A DNA stretch of 63,187 bases, counting the filler, from Folioceros fuciformis (taxonomy: Eukaryota): NCBI GenBank assembly GCA_049999805.1. It is 3 parts of 2 records of this genome, joined end to end, with 100 filler letters (N's around TTAATTAATTAA, not from the genome) between each part and the next. Parts side by side here need not be neighbours in the genome. Positions count along the whole stretch, not along the records: positions 1 to 14,327 come from JBNGIO010005954.1; positions 14,428 to 37,723 come from JBNGIO010005954.1; 1 more part is not named here. One strand, given 5' to 3'. Within the stretch, counting starts at the first letter, position 1. Every line of letters starts with the position of its first letter. The notes under the pieces are model-generated. The model saw only the letters and a list, made by a program, of their open reading frames with translations. It was not told the origin of the DNA and searched no databases. Shown here in pieces: positions 12,201 to 23,250 of this stretch. A program made the translations under genes and the position numbers.

Positions 12201-14327
12201 TGACGGGTGGTCTTCCAAGAAGATGGACTTGACCGTCCCGCGCAGGTTGAACGTTGTGATGTGCAGGAACAAGTTCCTCCACTTGCAGAAGAGGAGAGAG
12301 TGCAACCAGCTCCGGTCGAGGCGCCAGTGCTTCGTAGGTCAAGAAGGATCTCACGTCCTCCTGACAGGTATGTTGCATCTCTTGATTATGTCATGCTAGC
12401 GGATTGTGGGGAGCCCTCTTGTTATCAAGAGGCCATGTCAGTGTCTGACAAGGACAAGTGAGAGACAGCGATGCAGCCGCAGATGGATTCGCTCCATAAG
12501 AACCAAACTTGGGAGTTGATTCGATTGCCTATGGGCAAGAAGGTGTTGCCATGCAAATGGGTGTATACGATGAAGGACATACCCCATTATGGCAAACCCA
12601 AGTATAAGGCACGATTGGTTGCTAAGGGTTTAAAGCAACAGCAAGGTATTGACTTTGATGAGATTTTCTCACCAATTGTCAAAATGACCACCTTGCGATG
12701 TGTTCTTGGTCTGGTTGCGAGGCACGACATGGAACTTCTTCAGATGGATGTGAAGTCGGCATTTCTGCATGGTGATCTCCAGGAAGAGGTATACATGCAG
12801 CAACCAGAGGGTTTCATTGAGAAGGGCAAAGAGAATTTGGTGTGCAGGTTAAAGAAGAGCCTTTATGGTTTGAAGCAGGCACCCAGAGAGTGGTATTACA
12901 AGTTCCACTCATTTATGCTTTCTCAAGGCTACAAACGTAGTGAGGAGGATCACTACCTCTATACGAAGCAAGCTAAGGATGGAAGGTTGCTCATTTTGGT
13001 CCTCTATGTGGATGATATGCTAATTGCTGGGAATAGCAGTGATGAGATTTCAACGTTGAAGTCAAAGTTGAATGCTCGCTTGACATGATAGACTTGGGAG
13101 AGGCAAGCCATGTTCTTGGCATGCGTATTCATCAAGATAGGCAGAAGCATTTGCTTTACTTGTCTCAGACTGAATACATTAATAGGGTGCTTCAACGTTT
13201 CAATATAGAGAAGGGGAAGGTATTGAGTACTCCGTTGCCTCCATACATGAAACTTTCAAACAAGGATTGCCCAAGCTCTGCGGAGGACAAAGCTGAAATG
13301 GAGAAGGTTCCATACTCATTAGCTGTAGTGATGTATGCTATGATTGCTACACGTCCTGACATTGCTTTTGCAGTGGGAGTGGTTACCAGGTTTATATCAA
13401 ACCCTGGCAAGAAGCATTGGGAGGCAGTGAAAGGAGTTATGAGGTACTTAAATGGTACAAAAGCTTTGTGCATATGTTTTGGTAGTGAAGATGCATTTGT
13501 CGTGGGATATACGGATGCAGATTATGCAGGGGATATGGACAAAAGGAGGTCCACATCAGGTTATGTCTTGTGCACTGGAGGGGAAGTCTCATGGCAATCT
13601 CGTTTGCAATCATGCATAACACTATCTACTACAGAGGCCGAGTATGTTGCAGCGACTGAGGCTTGCAAGGAAGCAATGTGGCTTGCTCGATTAGTGGGAG
13701 ATTTGGGGATAAAGGTTGAGTTGCCAGTGTTGCATTATGATAGCTAGAGTGCTATCCAATTAGCGAAGAATCCAGTATTTCATGTGAAGACCATACATGT
13801 GGAAGTGAAGTATCACTTCATTCGAGAGGTGTTGGAAGACAAGAGGGTACGGCTTGTCAAAGTTGTCATGACTTAGAAAGTCTGTTAGAGTTTTGCATCT
13901 GTGAGAACTTTTTGTGCAGGTCGCAATTGCAAAAGCTGTTTGCTTGGGACGAATATGGTGGCAGAAAGGGGTAATCCCTTACATTTTGACTAAAGAGACA
14001 ATTGCCAAGCAAAAGTTCTCGCGGAGGAACGGTTGAAGAGTAGGGTTTTTGTTGGTTAACTTTGTAGACAGTTGATAACGACTTGAAAATCACCATTCAA
14101 GTGGTTGGTAACGGTATGTTGTAGGTATATAGTGATGAAGAAAGAATCATCGAACATTCTTTTGATAGTTCGCTTAGAAAGCTTGATGAGCGGTGACGTG
14201 CTTAGTGTTTTTGCAATGAGCGATTGTAACCAAGAAGCTTGTAGCAAACTGAACAATTAAATCAAAGGTTCCGTGTTGTCAATCAGCATTTGCACACGTT
14301 AGAGAATAGGAAAGCGTTGCAATGGCA

Positions 14328-14427
14328 NNNNNNNNNNNNNNNNNNNNNNNNNNNNNNNNNNNNNNNNNNNNTTAATTAATTAANNNNNNNNNNNNNNNNN
14401 NNNNNNNNNNNNNNNNNNNNNNNNNNN
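14328..14427. other. Artificial assembly spacer 44N-TTAATTAATTAA-44N
   Basis: Exactly 100 nt; the linker has stops in all six frames; identical construct at 37724-37823. Confidence 0.95.
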
Positions 14428-15285
14428 AAATTTATGGGAGAATTTGATGAATTTTTAAATGAGTACCTTATTGATCATAGCTTAACTTCAAGAAATCACC
14501 CAAAGGCTGATGGTTTAGCAAAAAGAATGGTACAGACATGTAAGAGTGCTTTGAGGAAATATTGTCTGGTAATGGACAAGAGTGAGTGGGATAGGATGTT
14601 ACCATTTCTTGCGATGGGTTATAGGATAAGTAGGCAAGCATCGCTGGGAAAGTTTTCACCGTACATGTTGTTGTTTGGGCGTAGACCACATTTATCTGGG
14701 ATGTTAGAAGACAAGGTGAATGCTATAGTGGATTTGGATGATACTAATAAGTGGTTAAAGATAGTCACGCATAGAGCGGAGTTGTTTAGAAAGATAATGC
14801 CTATGGCAATGGATAATCTATTAATAGCTCAACATAGGGATGAGCTAAGATATAGGAAAACAAGGAGTGGACATTTCAGGCCCAAGGTGAAAAAGCTTGA
14901 AGTTGGAGATTATGTATATTTGTAGAGGAAGACGATGACAACAATTGATACAAGTGCGAGTAGGATAATATTAAGGGTGAGAAGTGTGAAGTTGAATGGA
15001 ATCTTGGAGTTGGAGGGAAAGGATGTTACAACTTGTTTGAAACACATGAAAAATTGTGCATCATGTCATTTACCTCACATGAATCCGATAATTGATGTGC
15101 AAGCTTTTGTGCCGAGGAAGGGATTTGCTTGTACAGGTTGTGGAGATTATGGAGGTGATCATTGCATGTTGTTGTGTGATAGGTGCAATGATGGGTGGCA
15201 TACTTTTTGTTTGGAGCCTCCACTAGAAGCAGTGCCAAGTGAGTAGTGGTTTTGTCCAATGTGTGTAGCGGTTGATACATTGTGA
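14428..15285 (+). mobile_element. Ty3/gypsy integrase C-terminal half ending in a PHD finger (disabled)
   Basis: HPKADGLAKR, SPYMLLFGR, VGDYVYL integrase motifs, then CTGC-x8-MLLCDRCNDGWHTFCLEPPL...WFCPMC (C4HC3); in-frame TAG at 14923 and 15244. Confidence 0.9.
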
Positions 15286-15376
15286 AGGCCAGTATGTTCA
15301 TCGTGTATGTATGTTGATGAAAAGTTTGTTAATCTGGCTTACCAACGAAAGATGGTCAGCAGATTAAGGGGGGGAG

Positions 15377-15808
15377 TGAAGATGTTGCAGCGAGGGAGAA
15401 GGAGTAGAGGATAGCTATTCCTTTCGTTGATCTCGTGTGTAACAAACCACCAAAGAGTGGCAGGATGACTAGTAGCCTTGGTATGCACGACGGAGAGGAG
15501 CATCCAAGGGGAGGCATCCAAGAATTATTAGTGTGATCATTGTACTCACATCGAGGGAGGAGGAGTAGAGATAAGCTACTCCTTTCGTCGATCTCGTGTG
15601 TAGTAAACCACCAAAGAGTGGCAGGATGACCAGTAGCTTTGGTATGTACGACGAAGAAGAAGCATCCAAGGGGAGGCATCCAAGTGCACTGTTGACAAGA
15701 ATATATGCGTATATCATATAGGGGCTAGCCACCCCATATACACATGAATGCGTGCTATATATATACATAATATATATGAGTGTTTAGAGACGTCTGGGGT
15801 TAAGTTCA
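15377..15808 (+). repeat. Probable 3' LTR of the PHD-gypsy, with internal ~132-bp direct duplication (15391-15522, 15552-15684)
   Basis: PPT AAGGGGGGGAG directly before TGAA; candidate end TTCA; duplication seen directly. Confidence 0.7.
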
Positions 15809-15978
15809 GATGTTGAGGAGCAAGACCTTTGAAGCACGACAAAGTTCACACCAGTCAGAACCCTGCAGATATTTTTACCAAGGGGCTCTCTACGGAGCAA
15901 TTCGCACAAGCTCAAACACTCATGGGCATGAGGTAGACCACTCTCCTATGAAGGTAAATTGGCCTTTAAGTAGGAGGT

Positions 15979-16566
15979 TGTAGGGTTATTAAAGCACAAT
16001 GTGCTTAGACTAATATGCTTAGTCTAAGATTAGTGGCTAGTTTGTCAATAGGATCGACTCCAGTCTATGTGCAAGTGTAGGAGAGGAGAGGAGAGAAGAT
16101 GAGAGGGTGGTATTGGTGATCACAACCAAAAACAATACACATCACCATTGTCTTACTATGGAAGTCCGAGGTCTCCATTTAAGTAGTACATTTAGGGGTA
16201 CACAACTTCAAGGTTCAATATGGGATAATCTACACTATCCTAAGTTCACTAATAACTAAAACTATTCTAGTATGAACCCAACCGGGATAACTAACACCAC
16301 ATGAGTTTAACTCATATAGAGCTCGATAACTCAACATAATTAAGTATCATTTGTTTAGATTAGCTTAAGCTAATTTGTACGAAGCTTCTTGTACAGCTTC
16401 CTGTGCACTTCTTGTGAAGCTTCCTTAGGAGCTCTTCTAAAGGGTATAAATACCCATGTGAGCTCCCTTGCAATACAGACACTGAGAGTATGAGACCTCT
16501 CTCTCTCCTCTCCTCCTTGCTTCCTCTTCTCCTCCTTCACCATGGGGCTCCTCTAGTGATCCTTCA
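15979..16566 (+). repeat. 3' LTR of copia element (carries a 294-bp insertion)
   Basis: Aligns to 8955-9224 on either side of the insertion. Confidence 0.93.
16043..16336. mobile_element. Solo LTR inserted in the copia 3' LTR
   Basis: TG...CA, flanks TAGTT/TAATT (TSD with one mismatch), absent from the 5' LTR; its end is the reverse complement of 50625-50671. Confidence 0.85.
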
Positions 16567-18558
16567 GTCCTTTTGTTAGCCAGACCGACTTGGGATCTGT
16601 CGAGTTGACGGCAGAGACACCCGACTCCACAACAAAGGTGGTAACGCTAGCCAAGACTAGGGCTAATGGCAATCAGAAGGTGCAAGAGAAAGAACCTCTA
16701 GCTCCCATGAAGACAAAAGGCTCAATAGGCGGGAGTGTCACAACGATGGAACCTGGGGACAAGACTGCTGGGATGGTAGGAGAGGTTGGGTTCCTACAGG
16801 TGGTCAGGGACTCGCTAGTTGTTCACCACTTGGTAACCAAACCCGGGGTGTTGAAGATGCTACAAAGTTTGGAGACAGGAGCCATCCCAAGGTCAAAGGA
16901 GGCACCTGTCGGGACGTTAGAACTAGGAGAGCACAAGGCATCTGACGACACGGAGGAGGTGATCAACCTGATGTTGGAGGAGTACCAGCAGGAGGTAGAG
17001 GATCTTAAGCGCACCTTGCTAGAAGGCAAAGGGGGCAAGAGGAAGCTCTGGGAGAGGTGGCCAAGTTGTCTTAAGAGCTGAGATAAAGGACCCCACAATG
17101 TGAGGGAGCTCAAGGGGAGCTCACGTCTCTGCGACAAGAGTTGGGGAGAAAGATGTCAGAAGTAGAGGCCAGAAGACAAGAGGCAAAAGCTCGCTACCGA
17201 AGGATGGTGGACAGAGGCCAGTTTATTAGGAAGAAGAGAGTGCAGTTGGATTTGGCCTAACAATGACGCATCAAAGAGGAATGGGAGCGAGGGGCTAAGG
17301 AGAATGTTGGCTTGAGGATTCAACTCACGAAGGCTATTATGGAGAGGGATGCCCTAAGAGAGAAGGTGGGAGAGGATCAGCTGGTGGAAGAAATGGAAGA
17401 CCTGGTTTGCCAGAACCAGCGATTACAGACACAGTTGTATGGGAGGATAGCCAAATTTTCGGAAGAAATGAAGTTGTTGTTGGAGGAAAGGTGTTACAGG
17501 AGGAAGAGGAGACTGCTGTAGGGCATTGGAACCTCAACCATAAGATTTGGGGGAGGAAGAAGAGGAAGATCTGACCAATGGGGGTAGGGCAAGCCAACAG
17601 ATGTGGAATGCACATCTGACAGACAGGAGATCTTAGGAACACTTGACCCCAAGACGGAAGCTAACTTGGATCTGTCACTTGTGTTGCCTACAGGACAAGA
17701 GGAGTCTCCTCCTCCTATGGCTTTGGAGAGTAGCCCAACAACTGCATACCAGACAACAACAAGAAAGAGACTAGCTGATGAGGTGATAGCACCTCAGGAT
17801 GAGGAGGATAATTGCAGCAAGCAGAAGATTAGAAGGTTCCCTCCCAATGACACAGTTGGTAGAGGAGTGTCACTGAGTCGAGGAGCTGGTAGAGGAGTGG
17901 GGTCGGACCCCACTGTTTAGACTTAGTTTATGTTGGCTTGTACTGATTGGGCCTAAATGGTAGGCCCATTAAGACTTCTAGCACCATGTCATTTGCTAGG
18001 CAAGCCTAGATTAGTGAGCCAAGAGGTTCATTGATTTAGTTTACTTCTCATAGTATTGACCTAAAGAGAGAGAGCATGAGGAGAGAGAGGAGCTCCTATA
18101 AGGCTAGGAGAGTCCCCTGAACTCATTTTGTCATTTGCCACCCTTTGGTCTTTGGCTCTTGCTTCATGAGCTTCAGATGTTTCTTGTTTTAGTTGAGTGA
18201 TGTGGTTGACACCTCGTTTCCCTTTCCAGCCAGATGTTGCTAAGTCTCAGTTGTTGGATGTGGATGAGGTTGGGGATTGCTGGCTGATGGTGCAAGTGTC
18301 CATGGTTGCTATCCTTATTGTTCCCTTATGCTGGTCTTGCTAGTGTGTTGCCGGCCTAGGAGACCTGGTGTCTGATAGGAGGTAGGGGCAGGTTCCATCA
18401 ATCTGCAGGGTAGCGTAGGAGAGTTCTAACCCGTGGAGGCGAGAGCAAGTAGAGGAGTAGGTATGGGAGAATAGAGGAGTAGAGGTGAAGGTCGTTGTAG
18501 TGTTCAGAGTTGTAAGTCACCGAGAGTGCTCAGGACTTGGAAGGAGCCTAAGGCTATG

Positions 18559-21500
18559 TGTGGAGTCTACATGGTAAATAGATCCCTTGGAAAAATGGTA
18601 TTGTTTGTATTTTTTGAGTTTTGGTTGAATTCCATGAGGAAGTAGTTAGGAAATTAGGCTAGGCAGGTCGGTCAGGAGCTAGGTAGTGGTTGTGGGCAAA
18701 AGGTGAACGACTAGGTTGTTCCTTGGGTCGGGGGTGCGTAGAACCCTAGGGCTGTGCGTGTGAAGGCGAGTCGGGGTTTCTTGGGAGGTGCAGGTGGAAT
18801 CTAGGGACAGTGATGGGGATGTCGGGCCATTGCACCCGATGCACTGGCTGGACAAGACCACGGGAGTGCTGCCCTTGGCAAGGGCGCGGGATGCCGTTAC
18901 TTGCTGCATTCACTCTGTCGGCCTAAGGCCCAGACTCAGGGTAGCGAGAGCGGGAGCATGGAGCGCCGCTACGGGGTGCTGGGGGCTAGGAGAACCTGTT
19001 GGCAGGGATTACTGGTGCGGCTAGAGGGTGCACGGGGATCTGCCGGGCAGAGGGTGGTGATGTCTAGCAGTGTGGGCTGACGTGAGCTTATGGTGTTGTA
19101 GATGCCGCCGCCGTTGTGGAGGCTCAAGCTCAAGCTCAAGCTCAAGCTCGTACCTGAGTACCTTTCGGGAGACGTTGTAGGCAGCAAATTGGTGATGGGG
19201 ATGGATGGAGTACCTGGCATGCTTGGCCACCATTCTCTTGGCTGTGGCAATCGTGTCTCTCACATGGTACCCGACAAGCCTCCGGAAAGCTGGGGCATGC
19301 CCTATCCCGGGGCAGGCTAGAACGGTGGCTCCGGGAAGGACGCTATCAGCGTTGTCGAAGCCTGAGCAAGAGCCGGAAAGGGAGCGGGATGGGCTGTCCT
19401 GGCTAATGCGGTAGGGCGTCAGCCGAAGCCTGATGGCTGGCTCCGGTGGAGGCCCCAGTCGAGGGCAGGGCGCTCCGGGCGGTGGCAAGTCGGAGCGAAT
19501 CTATGGCAAGCCGGGCGGATTTATGGCAAGCTGGATCGGTAGGAAGGCGCGCTGACATCCATGGCGGGCTGGTGGTGGATCTAGGCAAGTCAGGCTGGCT
19601 GTAGGTAGACCGGACCCAAGCAGGTAGGGCACCCCGGGCTGTGGCGTGATCCAAGTGGCTGGCTGGCTGCCAAGCATACAGACAGAGCCAGGCATATGGG
19701 CTAGGCGGCACATCCACAGCGGGGGCAGGCTGGCTAGCAACAGGTAGGCGGCCCAACAGCCTAGCCTAGCAGCAGCAGCCAACATACGGCCTAGTAACGG
19801 CAGCAGGCAAGGCGAGGGGCTGGCTAGCAGAATCCAGGCCAGGTGGGCGGCGTCGCGCCCAGGTAGCATCCAGGCTAGTTGATGGCTGGCGGGGGGCTAG
19901 CTGGCGGCCTGGCTGTAGGCGGATCCAGGCAGCGGCTTGGTCGAATCGCCAAGCAGGCCGCTGGTCGGCCACAGGTTGGCCGGGCAGGTTAGCTGGCGGT
20001 CTGACATCCAGGCAGTGGCTGCAGGAGCTAGATCTAGGCATGCCGGTGGACAGCGGATCCAGGCAGCTAGGCAGGCTGGCTGGATCGTGGCCAGTCGGCG
20101 GGCTGGCTTAATCGCAGCCATGCAGGAGACAAGCCGGTGGATCGGCTATTATCAAGGATGGCTAGCTAGTCGAGGGCGGGGCGGAGCATGCCGGCTTACT
20201 GGCCGGCAGTAGGCAGGATGGCCATATTGGCAACTAGTAGGAGGGCACCTCGGGCTCAGCAGGCGGCGAGCAGATTGGTGGTTGGCTGGGGTGGATCTAA
20301 GCCAGGCCGGGGCGGAGCTAGGATCCACACTAGTGGACTAGCTGGCTGGTTAGTAGCAGGCATGAGGTTGCGTAGGCCGAGGGCCGGGGCCCATATGGGT
20401 TGGCTAGATCGGCACGTAGGCGGGCAAGTGGATTGGGGATGGAATTGCGGGGAGACTCGGCAAAATCCAGGCAACTCTTGTTTGCGTGCTTGTGTTTTGG
20501 GTGCCGATCAAGAAGGCTGAATTGCGGTTGCGCAGACAGGCAGACTAGTTGGTCAGGAAGCAAGCAGGCCAGGTTGGATCGCAGCAGGCTGGCAGACAAG
20601 CAGGCATCAAGGTGGCACTTGCAAGATCAAGCTAGGGTTGAGCCAGGGGACCTCTGTAGGTAGCTCCATGCCTTCCTATTGGTGTTTGTGAACCACAACG
20701 AGACAGTTGTGGAGAGGCCAAAATACGGCTTTGTCATCTGGGTGCAGACCATACCCTATACATGACAGGTGAAACTGCTTGTCATTGTGCCGAGTTATGC
20801 ATGCATGGGGCGAGCAGCATTGATGGAGAGCAAGCTGCTGGTGGTTAGTGAACACTTGTCTAAGGACTAGGTTGTCATATTGGAGGGCTATGGGTGGACA
20901 AGAGGCAGTGGCATTGGAACGTTGCTAAACTTCTATGATCATGTTGTACATGATTACCACAGGGGGAAGGTGGAGTAGTAGCAAGGGATTTTGTTGTGGC
21001 TATGCCCCAGCTGGATGAGGATTTGCTGAGGATGCTACTAATGATTTTGTAGTGGGTAACCAGAAATGAGTTTGATGATTCCGTAGGGAGAAACTAGTCA
21101 TGAGTTCCAAAAGGCTAGCTGGTGGGTTCTCATAGGTCAAAGTTAGGGTTAGGGTTCTGGCGAGTGTGAGGGATCTTTTTGAGCGTGGGAGGGATGCTGA
21201 CCTTGTTAGGCAATGATGGGGGTTCTTGGCCAAGATAGTACAAGGGGCCAGGCCTGTCATTGAGGAGGGGGCAGTCTTTTGGTGTGATACCCCTTGTCCC
21301 TTATGTGCAGGTTGCCCCATTAGGACGCTGATTTGGCGTGAGAGTGCACCTTGGGCTTGATCCCCTTGCCACTAGGAGGACGTGGTGGATCCCTAGGTTG
21401 CCAAGATCTGTGTGTGTGGCCAGATTCGCGGTTGCTGATCCTTTTTGCATGCTGGCTGAGGTGCCTTGACTCCCTAGGTGGGTTTCCAAGGTAAGGATTA

Positions 21501-23250
21501 CCAGGCTGTGAGCCAAGGAGGCTATCCAGCCCAAGACTTCACATCTCTGCCTTAAGGCTGCAAGTAGGGGAGGGTGTTGTGTTGCAAATTCCAGGGTTGG
21601 AGAGTTGTGTTGCCCATTTCAGGGTGCTAAAGATTGGAGATTAGGTTGAAGATTGGTGCTAAAGACTGGAGATTGGAGCTGAGGTTGAAGCTTGGGGCCA
21701 AAGATTGGAGATTGGAGCTGGGGTTGGAGCTTGGCGTTGGGGGTAGGAGTTTCTATTTCAGTCGTTGGGGTAGTTGGTGCTAGGAATAAATCTACATAGC
21801 AAGATCTAACTGCTGTATTTGCTGTTAGGTTTAGGTAGGGGCTGGTAGGTAGGATCCTGTTAGTGCGTTAAGGTAGTTTGGTTGATTGCCTTGGCACGAG
21901 ATCACTCCCTTGGGAACGGATCTCAAGACTGCAACAACAATAAGGGCTAATGTGGACCTTTTGGTGACTCTTGGGTTGAAAGAGCCACTCCACATTTTGG
22001 CGCCATTGCCGGGGAGTGTCATTGTTGTCAAGGCATAGAGGGGACTAACATGATAGTGTGTACAGCACATTAGGTGAGGAGACTAACCTGGATAGGGGAG
22101 CGTACGGGGTGAGGCTGGAAGGGTTGATGGATGCCCCGTATAGGAGCTGAAGATTTCAACTCCACCTGTGAAGAGGGATCTCAAGCAAGGAGGCAGCAGT
22201 AAGCAGTGGAGCGTGGGAAAAGGGCTGTAGAGAGGGAGCTGAGGAGGTCACAACCAGGCCACACACTAGCTGAAAGGGCTGGCAACTGGTTGATCTTGGG
22301 GGGTCCAATCTTGTTGGGGCAAGATCCCCCATTTTCAGCTGTTGGAGGGGAGCCTAGGCTAGGGCAACCTAACCCAAATTTGCTTCTTGGCTCCCATCCT
22401 AGTCTTGCGCAGGTGATTGGGAGTGTAGGTGTTGAAGTGTCCAGCAACATCAGCCCAATCCTAGCTGCTGGACCTACAACGGCGGTTGTGGGTGTAGGCA
22501 CCATGGCAGTCCCAGCTCCTGTTGCAATGTCCACCAAGTAGTTGTACCCTTTGTATGGGGAGAAGAAGGGGTATGAGGATCTGGATAAGTTTGTGGAGTG
22601 GTTTGAGCAGCTGACCATTGCTAATCAGGAATCTGCGGACGCGTAGCACACCCAATTGTTCTATGGAGTGCTTTGTGGAGGGCCTGCCAAGTGGTACCGG
22701 AGGGAGTACCTTAAGTCCGGCACTCTTCCAGTAACCTTTGATGTGCTAAAGATGACCTTTTGTGAGAGGTTTAGGGGATAGATGTAGAGGGCTATGTGCT
22801 GTCTAAGTTGGAGTCCTTGAGGAGGAGAAGGAAGGAAACCCTACAGGCCTATGTGGAGAGGCTTCATAGCCTGCGAGACCATTGTGGGCCTCATTCTGAC
22901 TTGCAGGCTATCCAGTGGTTTGCTGGTGGCCTAGGGTCCAAGATGGGGGGCCATGTGAAGCTGTTTGCAGAGAAGGACGTGGACAAGGCCATCAAGGCAG
23001 CCCTCAACTATGAAGAATCCCACCCTTGGGGCAAGAGGAAATCCAAGAAGGAGAGGGAAAGGGTGAAAGAGAAGGATGGGAAAAAGAAGTCTAGGAAAGG
23101 GAAGGAGAAGAAGGACTCATGCTCCTCGGATGAAGACTCCTCCGAGGAGAGTGATTTTTTAGAAGGATCAACATCGGGAAGTTCTTCATCTTCAGCGGAG
23201 GATAGCATGGAAGAGGAGTCCTTGGAGGACAAGGCTTCCAAGAAGAGGAG
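18559..23250 (+). mobile_element. 5' part of an Athila-like Ty3/gypsy: 3.4-kb LTR, PBS, decayed gag
   Basis: LTR 18559-21994 with TGTGGAGT...ACTCCACA inverted ends; PBS at 21998; gag-like frames (AKWY, ETLQAYVERL, QWFAGGL) at ~22530-23250. Confidence 0.85.
21998..22015 (+). promoter_or_regulatory. Primer binding site complementary to tRNA-Asp
   Basis: TGGCGCCATTGCCGGGGA, one mismatch from the Athila-type TGGCGCCGTTGCCGGGGA, 3 nt after the LTR end. Confidence 0.85.

Larger units (their letters stand above)
13864..15841. mobile_element. Nested insertion in copia RNase H, ends TGTCATG...CACGACA, apparent 4-bp TSD AAGT
   Basis: Removing it plus one AAGT restores GTC AAA GTT CAC ACC (VKVHT). Contains an assembly gap and a gypsy fragment. 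Confidence 0.75.
10017..15936 (+). pseudogene. Copia gag-pol pseudogene (many stops and frameshifts; interrupted at 13864-15841)
   Basis: CYHCHKKGHIRRDC knuckle, WIIDSGAS protease, VHSDVCGP / PQNGVAER integrase, LYVDDML RT, TTEAEY RNase H; C-terminus VHTSQNPADIFTKGL resumes at 15842. Confidence 0.95.
8955..16566 (+). mobile_element. Full-length decayed Ty1/copia LTR retrotransposon
   Basis: LTRs 8955-9224 and 15979-16566 (TGTAGGG...CCTTCA); 5-bp TSD GTCCT at 8950-8954 and 16567-16571; degenerate Met PBS at 9227-9238; purine tract before the 3' LTR; domain order gag-PR-INT-RT-RH. Confidence 0.95.
7950..17920 (+). mobile_element. Decayed retroelement accessory/coiled-coil ORF region (7950-8954 and 16567-17920), split by the copia insertion
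   Basis: Stop-riddled, purine-rich, charged reading frames on both sides of the GTCCT TSD. No diagnostic domain recognised; the class is inferred from context. Confidence 0.35.
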
